From an uncultured bacterium (GTDB lineage Bacteria; Patescibacteriota; Minisyncoccia; Phycocordibacterales; UBA6065), in assembly GCA_966243015.1 (NCBI GenBank), contig CBIMES010000002.1:48518-112517 (forward strand): DNA of 64,000 nt, given 5' to 3'. Shown here piece by piece: positions 54,482-62,831 of this stretch. Positions within the stretch are counted from its first letter, which is position 1, and each line of letters starts with the position of its first letter. The position numbers were made by a program, and so were the translations under genes. The notes under the pieces were generated by a model that was not told where the DNA came from, ran no database searches, and saw only the letters and a program-made list of their open reading frames with translations.

Positions 54482-54888
54482 GATGAGCAGGTTCCGAACA
54501 ACTCGAATGAGTGCTTCGAGATAGTCTTGAATTTCTTGGAGTTCTTGAGAATCTCATCGCCCAGGCGAGTGAACGCGCAGAGCTCAAATCCTTCGACGAG
54601 GCCGCAGCGGAGGCACACAATGTGATGATGGTGATCGTCGGCAAGCTCGTACGAAAGAGCGTCGGCGCCGAGGGAGAGAGACCTTACAATGTCGGCATCC
54701 TCAAATGACTTAAGCGTTCGGTACACCGTCACCGTATCAATGGACGAGTCCTTCTTGGAAAGCGCCTTGAGAAGGTCTTTGACGGTAAGAGGCTTGGGTG
54801 CCGAGCGCAAAGTCGATAGAACCAGCAGGCGCACAGGGGTGGCCTTGAGCTTTGCGTCATTGAGGAGCTTCTTGTCGTGAGTGTTCAT
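54463..54888 (-). CDS. Fur-family metalloregulator (Fur/Zur/PerR-like)
   Basis: Winged-helix N-terminus, HHHHIVCLRCG...C..C metal-binding motifs; 141 aa. Confidence 0.8.
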   Translation of the reverse strand: MNTHDKKLLNDAKLKATPVRLLVLSTLRSAPKPLTVKDLLKALSKKDSSIDTVTVYRTLKSFEDADIVRSLSLGADALSYELADDHHHHIVCLRCGLVEGFELCAFTRLGDEILKNSKKFKTISKHSFELFGTCSSCVTSR

Positions 54889-54907
54889 GCGTCCATGCTA
54901 TCCCAGA

Positions 54908-54922
54908 TGCAACATGTTTGCA
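54908..54922. promoter_or_regulatory. Palindromic operator candidate TGCAA-catgt-TTGCA 20-35 nt upstream of the Fur-family gene start
   Basis: Same half-sites as 10663-10677 upstream of the ZIP transporter gene. Confidence 0.5.
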
Positions 54923-54979
54923 ATGTAAAACGGACTCGCGCAAGGGCAAATCCGTTCCAGGCACATATTGATTAATTGT

Positions 54980-56707
54980 TTATGGCCGCGAAGCGACTGT
55001 CATGACCTCTTCGATGCTCGTCAGACCTTGGGCTGCGGCGAGAACACCGTCCTCTATAAGAGTGAGCATCCCCTCCTTCTTGGCGCGCTCCTCGAGAGCG
55101 TCAGCCTTGGCACCCTTCATGACGAGCTCCTTGAGCGCGGGCGACATTCTGAGGACCTCGAAGAGGCCGATGCGTCCGGCGTACCCGTCAGTGCCCGCAG
55201 CAGCCTTCGGCGTGCCGAAGAGAACCTTGTCCCAACCATCGCGAGAGCCGATGATCTTCTCCGAGCGAAGAAGTGAGAGCAGCCTGTCGAGATCGGCGAC
55301 CCGACCCAGCGCGGCAAGCTCCGCTTTGGTAAGGGGCCTGCGATTGCGAGCGTCAGCGAGCCTGCGCACGAGCCTCTGGCTCACCACCGTCGACAGCGTC
55401 GACGAAAGCATGAATGGGTCAAGCCCCGTCTCAAGCATCTGAACGACAGCGGCGGAAGCGGAGTGAGACCTCACCATAGAGAGGATGAGTCGGCCGGACA
55501 GGGCGGCATGAGCGGCGAGCGACGTAGTGTCGGCATCGCGCACCTCCCCCACCATGATCACGTCAGCGTCCTGCCTGACGGCAGAGCGAAGACCCGCGGC
55601 GAACGTGAGGCCGATATCTGGCCTAACCTGGGTCTGAGAGACGCGAGGCATCTGGTACTCAATAGGGTCCTCGACCGTCGAGACGCTCGTATCAGGAGAA
55701 TTGACAATATCAATCATCGTATACAAAGTGGTCGAAGTGCCAGAAGACGCCGGGCCAGAGACGAGAATCATGCCCGACCCCTTTTTGAGAGCACCATGCA
55801 CACGCTCGAGCGCCTCGCCACGAAGGCCCAGATGCTCGAGGGTGAATCCCGAGGCGCTCTCACGCATGAGGCGGATGACCGTCTTCTCGCCATGCGCGGT
55901 AGGAGCGATCGATACGCGCAGCGAAACCTTCTCGTGATTCATCTCAACCTTGAAGCGACCGTCCTGGGGCACATCCCTCTCCCCGACCCTCAGCTTGGCG
56001 AGCGACTTGATGCGCGCGGCAAGACCGATCTCGGTCTCTTTAGGCAAGACCATGGCATCGTGAAGCGAGCCGTTGATACGGTAGCGAACCAACAGATCCC
56101 TCTCGAGAGGCTCTATGTGTATATCGGAAGCGTTCTGAACAATCGCGTGCTTGAGAAGGGTGTCGAGAACACGGACCACCGACAAATCGTCGGCAAGCCT
56201 GAGAGAGCTAACGCCCGCCTGATTCCTGAGAATGCCCGTCTCCTTCCTTATAATGTCTCCAAACTCTGACTTGAGGCCTCTCTGATAGCGAAGAAGCGCC
56301 GATTTCATTGACTCAGCGTCCGTAAAGCGAGGCAAAACCTTGAGACCCACCTTCTTTGCCAAGAAATCAATGGACGAGAGAGCCCGAAGATCGAGCAGGG
56401 CAACCTCCAGAGCGACCTCTCCCTTCTTGTAGGCGATGACGTTGTGGTTTCGAGCAATAGGCTCAGGAATAAGAGAAAGCGTCTCAAAATCAATCTTCTT
56501 CGAAGAAAGGTCGACGAAGGGAATGCCGAGAATGTATGACTGAACGCGGCGGAAGTCATCTTCCGAAAGGTGACCCTCGCTTACGAGGACCTCACCGAGG
56601 CTCTTGCCCGTATCCTGGGCATCCCTCTGGTACTCGGAAATGTCCCTGCGGGACACGAGACCCGAGCTGATGATGAAGTCCCTGAGCTGTGCGTCGCCAA
56701 TGAGCAT
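54980..56707 (-). CDS. GspE/PilB-family secretion ATPase homologue with degenerate catalytic motifs (predicted non-catalytic paralogue)
   Basis: T2SE N-terminal domain and ATPase core are present. Walker A reads GPASSGTST (no Lys), the His box reads LSMVRSHS, and the tetracysteine motif is absent. Asp box VEDPIEY and Walker B DVIMVGEVRD are conserved. Confidence 0.7.
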   Translation of the reverse strand: MLIGDAQLRDFIISSGLVSRRDISEYQRDAQDTGKSLGEVLVSEGHLSEDDFRRVQSYILGIPFVDLSSKKIDFETLSLIPEPIARNHNVIAYKKGEVALEVALLDLRALSSIDFLAKKVGLKVLPRFTDAESMKSALLRYQRGLKSEFGDIIRKETGILRNQAGVSSLRLADDLSVVRVLDTLLKHAIVQNASDIHIEPLERDLLVRYRINGSLHDAMVLPKETEIGLAARIKSLAKLRVGERDVPQDGRFKVEMNHEKVSLRVSIAPTAHGEKTVIRLMRESASGFTLEHLGLRGEALERVHGALKKGSGMILVSGPASSGTSTTLYTMIDIVNSPDTSVSTVEDPIEYQMPRVSQTQVRPDIGLTFAAGLRSAVRQDADVIMVGEVRDADTTSLAAHAALSGRLILSMVRSHSASAAVVQMLETGLDPFMLSSTLSTVVSQRLVRRLADARNRRPLTKAELAALGRVADLDRLLSLLRSEKIIGSRDGWDKVLFGTPKAAAGTDGYAGRIGLFEVLRMSPALKELVMKGAKADALEERAKKEGMLTLIEDGVLAAAQGLTSIEEVMTVASRP

Positions 56708-56762
56708 ATATAGTGTGCCGAAGCATCATTATTCTACAGCACAAAGCGCAAGCGAGGAACCT

Positions 56763-56791
56763 TTGACGCTGACTTTGACATATGCTAGAAT
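56763..56791 (+). promoter_or_regulatory. Sigma70-like promoter TTGACG-N17-TAGAAT for nusA
   Basis: Consensus-like hexamers ~65 nt upstream of the nusA ATG. Confidence 0.5.
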
Positions 56792-56854
56792 TATGACATC
56801 ACTAAGTTCGCCTCCCGGCGGACTTTGTTGTTATAAGCCTGAAAAACCAAACCC

Positions 56855-58015
56855 ATGTTTGACCTTAAAGTAATACATTCGGTGCTCGGACAGCTCGAAG
56901 AGGAGCGCGGCATTCCGAAGCAGAAAATCATCGAGGCCATCGAGGCGGCACTCGCTACAGCCTACAAGAAGGAGTACGGCAAGCGCGGACAGATTGTCCG
57001 GGCGACCTTCGACCTCAATACCGGAGCAACCGAGTTCCTCCAGGTGAAAATCGCCGTCGACGACACCCTTGTCATCGACATTCCTGAGGGGGAGGAGATT
57101 CCTGAGATGTCGGCCGACGACGATCGCATGCGATTCAACCCAGAGCATCACATCTGGATTGAGGATGCGCGAAAGATCAAGAAGGACGTCCAGCTCGAGG
57201 AGGAGATGCTCTTCCCTCTCGAGCCAAAGGACGATTTCGGCCGCATCGCCGCACAGACCGCAAAGCAGGTTATCATCCAGAAGATCCGCGAAGCCGAGAA
57301 AACCTCTGTTCTCGGTGAGTACGGCAAGCGCGAGGGCGAGATTGTGTCAGGCACCGTCCAGCGTATCGAGCGAGGCACCATCTTCGTCGACATGGGACGA
57401 GCGGTGGGAATCCTGCCATTCGAGGAGCAGATCAGGAGCGAGCACTTCAAGCAGGGCGAGCGCATCCGCGCATACCTCTTCCGCGTCGAGGAATCCCCTC
57501 GAGGCGTCCTCCTCAAGCTCTCGAGGTCGCACCCTAAGTTCCTCGAGAAGCTCTTCGCTATCGAGGCTCCCGAGATTGCCAACGGCACCGTCGAGGTAAA
57601 GGCAATCGCCCGAGAGGCAGGCTCCCGCTCGAAGATTGCCGTGACCTCAAACGACGCGCATATCGACCCTATTGGCTCGCTCGTCGGACAGCGGGGAGTC
57701 CGAGTCAACACCGTCACCTCCGAGCTCGGAGGTGAGAAGGTGGACATCATCGAATGGTCATCAGACGCCAAGAAGTTCATCACCGACGCCCTCTCCCCTG
57801 CGGAGGTTTCCAATATCACCCTCGACGAGGAAACCAAGACCGCGGTAGTCGAGGTCAGCGAGGACCAGCAGTCTCTTGCCATCGGCAAGGGCGGACAGAA
57901 CGTCCGACTTGCCGCGAAGCTTGTCGGCTGGAAGATTGACATCAAGGCCGGCACCGCGCCCGCAAGCAAGAATTCCAACGAGTCCGCCGAGGAGTCGGAG
58001 GATGAGACCGCCTAA
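56855..58015 (+). CDS. nusA: Transcription termination/antitermination factor NusA
   Basis: N-terminal domain, S1 domain and two KH domains; acidic C-terminus. Confidence 0.9.
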   Translation: MFDLKVIHSVLGQLEEERGIPKQKIIEAIEAALATAYKKEYGKRGQIVRATFDLNTGATEFLQVKIAVDDTLVIDIPEGEEIPEMSADDDRMRFNPEHHIWIEDARKIKKDVQLEEEMLFPLEPKDDFGRIAAQTAKQVIIQKIREAEKTSVLGEYGKREGEIVSGTVQRIERGTIFVDMGRAVGILPFEEQIRSEHFKQGERIRAYLFRVEESPRGVLLKLSRSHPKFLEKLFAIEAPEIANGTVEVKAIAREAGSRSKIAVTSNDAHIDPIGSLVGQRGVRVNTVTSELGGEKVDIIEWSSDAKKFITDALSPAEVSNITLDEETKTAVVEVSEDQQSLAIGKGGQNVRLAAKLVGWKIDIKAGTAPASKNSNESAEESEDETA

Positions 58016-58036
58016 TAACCAATAACGCACACAACC

Positions 58037-58564
58037 ATGAGCATGAATCTTCTCCACGACATCTCCCGCGGCACCGCCGACGAGATCAATGTCATCATCG
58101 AGATTCCCAAGGGCTCGAAGAACAAGTACGAAATCGACAAGAGGACCGGCATCATCGCCCTCGACCGAGTGGCGCACACCGCCCAGGACTTCCCTTTCGA
58201 CTACGGCTTCGTTCCCCAGACTCTCTGGGACGACGGCGACGCGCTCGACGTAGTGGTCCTTACGACCTACCCGCTTCACCCAGGAATCCTCGTCCGCGTG
58301 CGACCAGTGGCAATCATGAGCATGATCGACGGAGGCGACTCTGACGACAAGGTCATTGCGGTTCCTTCTGATGACCCTCGATTCGACGACATCCGCGACC
58401 TCGGCGACGTAAACAAGCACACCCTCAAGGAAATCGAGCACTTCTACGCGACCTACAAGAAGATCCAGAACAAGGTAGTGGAGGTGAAGGGCTTCAGAGG
58501 CGCACAGGAGGCCAAGGAGGCGTTCGAGAGGTCGGCCAAGCTCTACGAGGAATCAAAGAAGTAA
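58037..58564 (+). CDS. ppa: Inorganic pyrophosphatase (family I)
   Basis: EIPKGSKNKYEID...DGDALDVVVL... Confidence 0.9.
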   Translation: MSMNLLHDISRGTADEINVIIEIPKGSKNKYEIDKRTGIIALDRVAHTAQDFPFDYGFVPQTLWDDGDALDVVVLTTYPLHPGILVRVRPVAIMSMIDGGDSDDKVIAVPSDDPRFDDIRDLGDVNKHTLKEIEHFYATYKKIQNKVVEVKGFRGAQEAKEAFERSAKLYEESKK

Positions 58565-58655
58565 AGGAAAGGTCAAGGGACCGAAAACAAAAAGGAGGCT
58601 TTACACAAGCCTCCTTTTTGCTATACTGGCTGACATATCAATTTAAGTTACCATA

Positions 58656-58895
58656 ATGGACCAGCAGAATCAGGCACCAGTACAGACCGCGGAGAAGAAG
58701 TCATTCGGACCCCTCATCGGCATCATTGTTATCGTTATCGCTCTCGCCGTAGGCGCATTCTACGTATGGGGCGGCAAGATCTCTTCGACCGAGGAGGCTC
58801 CTGCAAATGACTCGACCGCAACCAGCACCGCTACCACCACGGTCCAGGTTGTCGAGGTGAACGTTACGGCATCAACCGGAACCACCACCCGATAG
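58656..58895 (+). CDS. Small single-TM protein (79 aa), paralogue of 59845..60126
   Basis: KKSFGPLIGIIVIVIALAVGAFYVWGG in one protein aligns with KSFGALIGIVVVIALIVSGGVYFI in the other. Confidence 0.5.
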   Translation: MDQQNQAPVQTAEKKSFGPLIGIIVIVIALAVGAFYVWGGKISSTEEAPANDSTATSTATTTVQVVEVNVTASTGTTTR

Positions 58896-58992
58896 TCGCT
58901 CGCGCTCATCGCGCCTGAAAAAGGAACCCAAAAGGGTTCCTTTTTCGTTGTACAATACACAGGTACACATTAATCAAAGCACACGCACCAAC

Positions 58993-59817
58993 ATGAAGAA
59001 GACATTTGTCATCGCAGCAATTCTTGCCCTCGGGGCAAGCGTCGCGAGCGCGCAGGAGAACTCGGCATCGGGCCCAAGGCCCCAGCCGGCAAACGCAGGA
59101 ATAAGAGCCGACCTCAGGGCGAGCGCCACGGTCAACGGACCGGCACCGATGAAGGCTGAGGCCCGCATCATGGCAACGACAAGCAAGATGGTTCCGCGCG
59201 AGGCGATTGACGCCCGGATGTCGAACATCGAGACCCGCGTCGAGAAAGGCATGCAGAAACTCGAGGAGAAAAAGGATCGAATCGCCTCGACGACCGAGGC
59301 AAAGCTCCAAGACATGCGAGCGAAGCTCGAGACCAAGAGCGCCCAGATCGAGGGACGGGCGTCATCGACCAAGACCCGCGTAGAAGAGGCGAGGGAGAAG
59401 CTCGAGGGCCGCATCGAGAGAAGGGCATCTTCAACCGAAGCGCGACTCGAGGCCCGACAGGAGAAAATCGAGGTTCGCCTCGCTGCGTCGACGAAGAACG
59501 CGAGCGACAAAGCCGCGCAGGTGGTCGAGCGACTGACTGACATCAAGGGAAAGATAGAAGCTCGTATCGATAAAATCGAGGAGGCGGGAACGGATGTCGC
59601 GAACGCCCGCCAGGCGCTCGTGACCGCGACTGTGAAAATCGACGCCGCGGACGCTTCGGTAAAGGCACTCGCAGAGATTACCATAGACAACTCGAACCCC
59701 CAGGCGTCACTCGAAGCCTTTAAAACAGCACTCGCAACGACACACGCCACAATCCGAGACGCGCAGGCGAGTCTCAACGCCGTCGTGCAGATTCTCAAGT
59801 CGTCAGCCCAGGAATAG
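58993..59817 (+). CDS. Secreted coiled-coil repeat protein (apolipoprotein/LEA-like periodic repeats)
   Basis: Start placed at MKKTFVIAAILALGASVASAQE (signal peptide). Repeats of the form RASST..R.EEAREKLEG. Confidence 0.6.
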   Translation: MKKTFVIAAILALGASVASAQENSASGPRPQPANAGIRADLRASATVNGPAPMKAEARIMATTSKMVPREAIDARMSNIETRVEKGMQKLEEKKDRIASTTEAKLQDMRAKLETKSAQIEGRASSTKTRVEEAREKLEGRIERRASSTEARLEARQEKIEVRLAASTKNASDKAAQVVERLTDIKGKIEARIDKIEEAGTDVANARQALVTATVKIDAADASVKALAEITIDNSNPQASLEAFKTALATTHATIRDAQASLNAVVQILKSSAQE

Positions 59818-59844
59818 CAACCTTACACATATAATATAGAAAAC

Positions 59845-60126
59845 ATGGACCCACTTCAGACCACCACCCCGCCGGCAAGCGAGCCAAAGTCATTCGGAGC
59901 CCTTATCGGCATCGTCGTTGTCATCGCCCTCATTGTATCTGGCGGAGTCTACTTCATTACCCAGCGCTCGACGGACAACACCGACTCAAATGCCACGTCG
60001 ACACAAGGCGAGCTTCCGCCCCTCTCCCAAGAGGACGACGTCGACTCGATCGAGAGCGACCTCAACGCCACAGTTATCTCTGACGAGGATTTCTCGTCCT
60101 TTGACTCAGAATTCAACGCGCAGTAG
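59845..60126 (+). CDS. Small single-TM protein (93 aa) with an acidic C-terminus
   Basis: Paralogue of 58656..58895. Confidence 0.5.
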   Translation: MDPLQTTTPPASEPKSFGALIGIVVVIALIVSGGVYFITQRSTDNTDSNATSTQGELPPLSQEDDVDSIESDLNATVISDEDFSSFDSEFNAQ

Positions 60127-60221
60127 CGAGACGCGGAAGGCGCTCGCGGGGCATATGCCCCGCGAGCGCCTTTTTATGGACAAAAGATACCTTTGAGGCT
60201 AGACTGTCGACACACAAATAT

Positions 60222-61145
60222 ATGAAACATCATTCATACAAAGCAATCATTAAAAAGCTCCCTGAAACCTCTGAGGTGGAGATCAAGAGCTCGCTCAGCG
60301 CGGACGAGTTCGACGCCGCCATCCACGAGACCCTTCTCGACTTTAAGGACGGCGTTACCATCGACGGCTTCCGCAAGGGCGCGGCGCCAGATAAAATCGT
60401 ACGCCAGAAAATCGGAGAGGCGACCCTCCTCGCCGAGGCGGCAGAACGCGCGATCGGCCACGCGTACGGACACATCCTCGAGGACGAGAAGATCGACGCC
60501 ATCGGCTCGCCGAAGGTAACCATCTCGAAGATGGCTGAGGGCAACGAGCTCGAGTTCACCATCCTCACCGCAGTGCTCCCCGTCATCGAGAAATTCGACT
60601 ACAAGAAAATCTCAAAGACCGAGAACCAGAAGAAAGTCGACGCGGTCGAGGTCACGGATGAGGAGCTCGCCAAGGAGAAAGAGAAGGAGCCCGAGGTGAC
60701 CAAGGAGGCACTCCTCAAGGCAAAGGAATACCGAGCGAAGGAGAAGAGGCGCCTCGAGCTCGTCGACGCCCTCACCAAAGAGCTCGACACTGTCATCCCG
60801 CAGGTGCTCGTCGAGTCCGAGCTCAATCAGATGATCGCCCAGATGCGCGGGGACATCGAGCGCATGGGACTCAGCTTCGCCGACTACCTCAAGCACCTCA
60901 AGAAGACCGAGGAGGGACTCAGGAGCGAGTGGCGACCAGACGCAGAGAAGCGCGTGAAGCTCGACCTCATCATCGCCCACGTCGCCGAGAAGGAGAAGCT
61001 CTCGCCGGATGCGGAGAAAGTCGAGAAGGAGGTGAAGCACGCTCAGGAGCATTACAAGGACATCGACGCTGACCGAGCGAAAAGCTACTTCTCGAACATG
61101 TTCCTCAATCAGGCAGTGTTCGAGTTCCTCGAGAGCCAAAAATAA
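60222..61145 (+). CDS. tig: Trigger factor, short form (no recognisable PPIase domain)
   Basis: N-terminal ribosome-binding domain with DGFRKGAAP (GFRxGxxP signature), followed by clpP. 307 aa, against about 430 aa for a typical trigger factor. Confidence 0.7.
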   Translation: MKHHSYKAIIKKLPETSEVEIKSSLSADEFDAAIHETLLDFKDGVTIDGFRKGAAPDKIVRQKIGEATLLAEAAERAIGHAYGHILEDEKIDAIGSPKVTISKMAEGNELEFTILTAVLPVIEKFDYKKISKTENQKKVDAVEVTDEELAKEKEKEPEVTKEALLKAKEYRAKEKRRLELVDALTKELDTVIPQVLVESELNQMIAQMRGDIERMGLSFADYLKHLKKTEEGLRSEWRPDAEKRVKLDLIIAHVAEKEKLSPDAEKVEKEVKHAQEHYKDIDADRAKSYFSNMFLNQAVFEFLESQK

Positions 61146-61171
61146 AATTCTTCTCAAGAGAACCTCACTCA

Positions 61172-61210
61172 AAAATAAAATCCGCATCATACGATGCGGA
61201 TTTTATTTTT
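61172..61210. terminator. Bidirectional terminator (aaaatccgcatc-atac-gatgcggatttt, followed by tatttttcc)
   Basis: 12-bp stem with flanking A and T tracts, between tig and rsmE. Confidence 0.7.
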
Positions 61211-61246
61211 CCTTCAGGTTTGCTTGAGAAATTGTTTCGAAAAAAA

Positions 61247-61945
61247 TTATCTCGCGAGCACGAGCGTCGAGACGGCGACCGCCGCAGTCTCGGCACGGAG
61301 CACAGGCGTCGGCAAAGTGACGATCGTCGCTCCCTTCCCTTCGAACTCAGCCACCTCCCTCTCTGACCAACCACCCTCGGGACCAACGCACACGACGAGA
61401 TCACCCGAGGCATTCGAAAACGCATCCTTGGTCTCAACCCCTCCCGTGTGCAGCACGATCATCTCCCTCGACTCAGCGGCGAGAAACTCGTCGAGAGACT
61501 GGGGCTCACGAATGTCGGGAAGCTCGGCGCGACCAGACTGCTCGCATGCCTCGATGACAATCCTCCGTGCGCGATCCATATTGAACCCCTTCTTCTCGCT
61601 CCTCTCGGACACGAGCGGGATGAACTCTCGGACACCCAGCTCGGTCCCCTTCTGGATTACCCACTCAACATTGTCCTTTTTGATAAGAGAGAAAGCGAGG
61701 CTTAGGTTACACGTTGAATAACGTTTCACATCTGATGTTTCGAGTACCCGAAACACAAGCTCTTTGCGGGTAAGTGAAACGGCCTCACATATATAGTCGA
61801 CGGCCCCACCGTTGAATAAAATAAATTTTATCCCGTCATGAAACCGGAAAACCGACTTCATCTGATGCAGGAGCGCATCATTTGAGAGAGTATTTATTTT
61901 ATCTTTATCTATATTTGAATCGACAAAAAATCTGTGTAACCTCAT
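61247..61945 (-). CDS. rsmE: 16S rRNA (uracil1498-N3)-methyltransferase RsmE family
   Basis: SPOUT-class motifs (LVVCVGPEGGWSEREV; PTPVLRAETAAV). Start placed at MRLHRFFVD; the ORF-track extension upstream runs into an AT-rich promoter region. Confidence 0.75.
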   Translation of the reverse strand: MRLHRFFVDSNIDKDKINTLSNDALLHQMKSVFRFHDGIKFILFNGGAVDYICEAVSLTRKELVFRVLETSDVKRYSTCNLSLAFSLIKKDNVEWVIQKGTELGVREFIPLVSERSEKKGFNMDRARRIVIEACEQSGRAELPDIREPQSLDEFLAAESREMIVLHTGGVETKDAFSNASGDLVVCVGPEGGWSEREVAEFEGKGATIVTLPTPVLRAETAAVAVSTLVLAR

Positions 61946-62031
61946 GTGGAACAGTCTACACGGTTCAAGGCAATTTGCACTTCCCCGCCTTTTCTTATAT
62001 TGTTTCGCAGTATCACTAACAGACAAAAACC

Positions 62032-62619
62032 ATGTCCATACTCATCCCCACCGTCATCGAAAAGACAAACCTCGGCGAGCGAGCGTACGACATCTACTCG
62101 CGACTCCTCAAGGAGAACATCATCTTCATCTCGGGCCCCATCGACGACCACGTCGCCAACACCGTCATCGCGCAGCTCCTTTTCCTCCAGTCAGAGGACT
62201 CAAAGAAAGACATCTCGCTCTACGTGAACTCGCCGGGAGGATCGGTGACCGCGGGTCTCGCCATCATCGACACCATGAACCACATCAAGAACGACGTCTC
62301 GACTGTCTGCGTTGGCATGGCAGCCTCGATGGGTGCGGTCATCCTCTCCGCTGGAAAGAAGGGAAAGCGATACGCGCTCCCAAACGCGGAGGTCATGATT
62401 CACCAGCCGCTCGGAGGAGTCGAGGGTCAGGCAGCGGACATCGCAATCACCGCAAAGCACATTCTCAAGACCAGGGAGAAGCTCAACAAGATGCTTTCGG
62501 AGAACACGGGCAAGCCTCTCTCGCAAATTGAGAGGGACGTCGACCGAGACTTTTTCATGGATGCCGAGGAGGCGAAGAAGTACGGAATCATCGACAAGAT
62601 CGCGCCGAGCATGAAATAG
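62032..62619 (+). CDS. clpP: ATP-dependent Clp protease proteolytic subunit
   Basis: Catalytic triad context GMAASMG and a canonical ClpP sequence; 195 aa. Confidence 0.95.
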   Translation: MSILIPTVIEKTNLGERAYDIYSRLLKENIIFISGPIDDHVANTVIAQLLFLQSEDSKKDISLYVNSPGGSVTAGLAIIDTMNHIKNDVSTVCVGMAASMGAVILSAGKKGKRYALPNAEVMIHQPLGGVEGQAADIAITAKHILKTREKLNKMLSENTGKPLSQIERDVDRDFFMDAEEAKKYGIIDKIAPSMK

Positions 62620-62640
62620 AAAAAGAAATTTCCCACCAAG

Positions 62641-62676
62641 AAAAACCACCGAGGCAGTCTCGGTGGTTTTTCTTGC
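62641..62676 (+). terminator. Terminator (aaaaaccaccgag-gcagt-ctcggtggttttt)
   Basis: 13-bp stem with a T-tract after clpP. Confidence 0.7.
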
Positions 62677-62831
62677 CATTTCAAATTTTGCGTTGTAGTA
62701 TAAAATCGTTATCATTTTTACATTACGGCTCGACTGCCCAAAGCTCTCTCCCGAGGACCTCTCGGAACTTCCCTCACCCACTCCCCGCACTCAACCTCGC
62801 GCGAACTGAAAGACAGGCAAGCCACACGAAC

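Noticed and set aside
55463-56269. 268-aa plus-strand ORF
   Set aside because: It is antisense to the GspE/PilB-like gene.
57148-57978. 276-aa minus-strand ORF
   Set aside because: It is antisense to nusA.
58974-59798. 274-aa minus-strand ORF
   Set aside because: It is antisense to the coiled-coil repeat protein gene. Repeat-rich DNA keeps both strands open, and the plus strand has a signal peptide and is co-oriented with its neighbours.
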